Origin: Candidatus Neptunichlamydia sp.
GTDB lineage: Bacteria; Chlamydiota; Chlamydiia; Chlamydiales; Simkaniaceae
NCBI GenBank assembly: GCA_965233865.1
Contig: OZ247587.1
Location: forward strand, 480,001-544,000
DNA: 64,000 nt
Direction of reading: 5' to 3'
The first letter of the stretch is position 1; every line of letters begins with the position of its first letter. A program made the position numbers and the translations under genes. The notes beneath the pieces are model-generated. The model was given only the letters and a program-made list of their open reading frames with translations. It was not told the DNA's origin and did not search any database. Shown one piece after another: positions 62,206 through 64,000 of the stretch.

Positions 62206-63270
62206 ATGAATCAAAATGATTTTTCGCTTTCAGCTCAAAGCTTTAAGTATTGGGAGATATTTCTCTCATGGCTCTTTAAATATGATTCTCGTTGCTATGC
62301 GCTTAAAGAAAAAACTCTTGTCTATGAAAATCCTTCAGAAGATTTGAGCCATTTTGGGCAGACCTATCGCGAAAAAATGGCTTCGAAAGGGATTATCTGT
62401 CGCGTAACTCCTCGATTTGAAGATATTAATAGAACTTCAGAAGTGTTGAAGATGATCTATGAAACGGTAGAAAGTCCTCAAATGTGTGAATGGGCGGCAT
62501 TCGAGGTTTTAGCTAAAGTTATGGCATATCGCAATCTTAAGATGGGGCATACGATCCCTCTACCTGTAATGGGAAAAAGCGGGTGTATCGAGATGGCAAC
62601 TTTTGTTGTTGACCGGGTGTTTGATCTGTGGAATAAAATTAAAGCCTTTGGATTTATCCGCATCGATTCAGAGAAGGGAGCGCCAATTCTCTTGTTCCGA
62701 GGGACAGATTTTTCCTTCATGACAGAGGGCGGTAGAGCTTCTATTATCAGTGATCTAGATCCAAAGGGCCCTGGGTATAGCATATTCGAAAAAGGGCAAA
62801 AACCTCTTCACGGTTGGCTCAAAAAAGGAGAACGCCCAGGACGCGTTATTGGACATAGTTTAGGGGGGGTCGTTGCTTCCTATACCCTGATTCACGAGGC
62901 AGAGCTTATTAGCCAAAATCCCTATGAATGCTCTTACGCTTTTAATTTCCCTGGGGTTTCTGAAAAGCTTGCTCAAGATTGGATGGCTCTTAAAACAAGA
63001 CCCAATTTTCAGGGGTTTGTATGTCGTGGAGACTTAGTTTCAAAACTGGGGAATCTTTTCGGAGATGTTTATGAAGTTTCACTGGAAGATCCTCTCTCTC
63101 CAATCAGAGCGCATGAGATGCTTTTCTTTGCAGAACCTAGAGGGTATCTCCATGAAGTGGATCTTCCTAAGGAGAATGCCTCATCATCGCGCCACTATTA
63201 CTCGAAGCTGCAAAAACAAACTTCTTCCGTGATATATGAATTTGGGTTAAAATTTCTATTTCCTAACTAA
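62206..63270 (+). CDS. Lipase class 3-like protein
   Basis: LFRGTD, IGHSLGG, FNFPGV, GDLVSK. Confidence 0.8.
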   Translation: MNQNDFSLSAQSFKYWEIFLSWLFKYDSRCYALKEKTLVYENPSEDLSHFGQTYREKMASKGIICRVTPRFEDINRTSEVLKMIYETVESPQMCEWAAFEVLAKVMAYRNLKMGHTIPLPVMGKSGCIEMATFVVDRVFDLWNKIKAFGFIRIDSEKGAPILLFRGTDFSFMTEGGRASIISDLDPKGPGYSIFEKGQKPLHGWLKKGERPGRVIGHSLGGVVASYTLIHEAELISQNPYECSYAFNFPGVSEKLAQDWMALKTRPNFQGFVCRGDLVSKLGNLFGDVYEVSLEDPLSPIRAHEMLFFAEPRGYLHEVDLPKENASSSRHYYSKLQKQTSSVIYEFGLKFLFPN

Positions 63271-63274
63271 CGGA

Positions 63275-63694
63275 GTGCGTGCAATGCTTGATATGGATCC
63301 AGCCTTAATAGAACCCCCTTATTTTAACGAAATGCAGATTAACGGAGACGTGAAGTCTATTGGCTCTCTTGTTCATATCTATGATGATATGTTTGCTGTT
63401 GTTTATCAGGAATATGAAACGGAAAAACAAGGTCAGAAAGTGAACGTAGAAAAACCAAAACTTTTTCTTTACACACGATCAACGTGTCCTTATTGTAAAA
63501 AGATCAGTGCTTACCTAGCCTCAGTGAATAAAGCAATTTCTTCACTAGATATTGGGGAAACCCCCGATGCTGCCAAGGATCTCATTAAAGTCGGTGGAAA
63601 AAAGCAGGTCCCTTGCTTAGTGATTAATGGAAAACCTCTCTACGAATCCAATGAAATCATCAAGTGGCTTAAAAACAACCCAAGTAAGTTTTAA
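63275..63694 (+). CDS. Glutaredoxin-domain protein with N-terminal extension
   Basis: CPYC, GGKKQVPCL, LYES..II. Confidence 0.85.
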   Translation: MRAMLDMDPALIEPPYFNEMQINGDVKSIGSLVHIYDDMFAVVYQEYETEKQGQKVNVEKPKLFLYTRSTCPYCKKISAYLASVNKAISSLDIGETPDAAKDLIKVGGKKQVPCLVINGKPLYESNEIIKWLKNNPSKF

Positions 63695-63726
63695 AACAAC
63701 TAAATGGCTTGATATAAAAGAGAATA

Positions 63727-63759
63727 GGGAATAGGTGGAGCAGTAGGATACCTATTCCC
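63727..63759. terminator. Hairpin between convergent genes
   Basis: 10-bp stem GGGAATAGGT / ACCTATTCCC. Confidence 0.5.
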
Positions 63760-64000
63760 GATCCTCAAATAGCCATTGAAGGAGGACCGAATCCATCCAG
63801 TGGAATCCCCTTTTTTGGCCCGGAATGCCTAAAAAACCTAAATGCCCCCCATTTTCAGTGATAAGGATGTTAACGTTCTCTGGAATCTCTTTAAAATTAA
63901 CAACACTGCAGTCGACAATCGGGTCATCAAGGGCAAAAAGGATATGGCAATCAACAGCAATATTGTGAATGAGCCTTCCTGAGCTGCAAGCATGGTAATA
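63752..64000 (-). CDS. 3' end of a YheT-like alpha/beta hydrolase (partial)
   Basis: YYHACSS...ALDDPIV...TENGGHLGF...WMD, stop at 63752. Confidence 0.8.
   Translation of the reverse strand, partial: YYHACSSGRLIHNIAVDCHILFALDDPIVDCSVVNFKEIPENVNILITENGGHLGFLGIPGQKRGFHWMDSVLLQWLFEDRE

Overview
Bacterial chromosome segment from a member of Chlamydiota, probably an environmental Simkania/Parachlamydia-like lineage. This is inferred from chlamydia-type fabI, an aroD-aroE fusion, a SycD plus translocator cassette and typical chlamydial hypothetical proteins. Housekeeping and transport genes include an ABC-2 exporter, oppA, an MFS pump, mlaEFD, yqgE, hemL, nfeD-nfeD-floA, fabI, leucine dehydrogenase, aconitase, a DASS carrier and an aromatic amino acid cluster. 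Mobile DNA: a 5.4-kb Tn3-family transposon (79-bp extended inverted repeats, intact tnpR and res, dead tnpA, two cargo genes), several IS5-family copies and remnants, and IS3 and IS630 fragments. The most notable item is four exported protein-kinase-like paralogs in two translationally coupled pairs, one of them an apparent pseudokinase. Also notable: a 49-aa metallothionein-like lipoprotein, an ankyrin-SET protein and other candidate host effectors, an NfeD with a duplicated degenerate ClpP domain, and ongoing decay of DAHP synthase/pheA/tyrA beside intact aroB/A/K/C/DE. All family calls come from motif recognition by eye; no searches were run.
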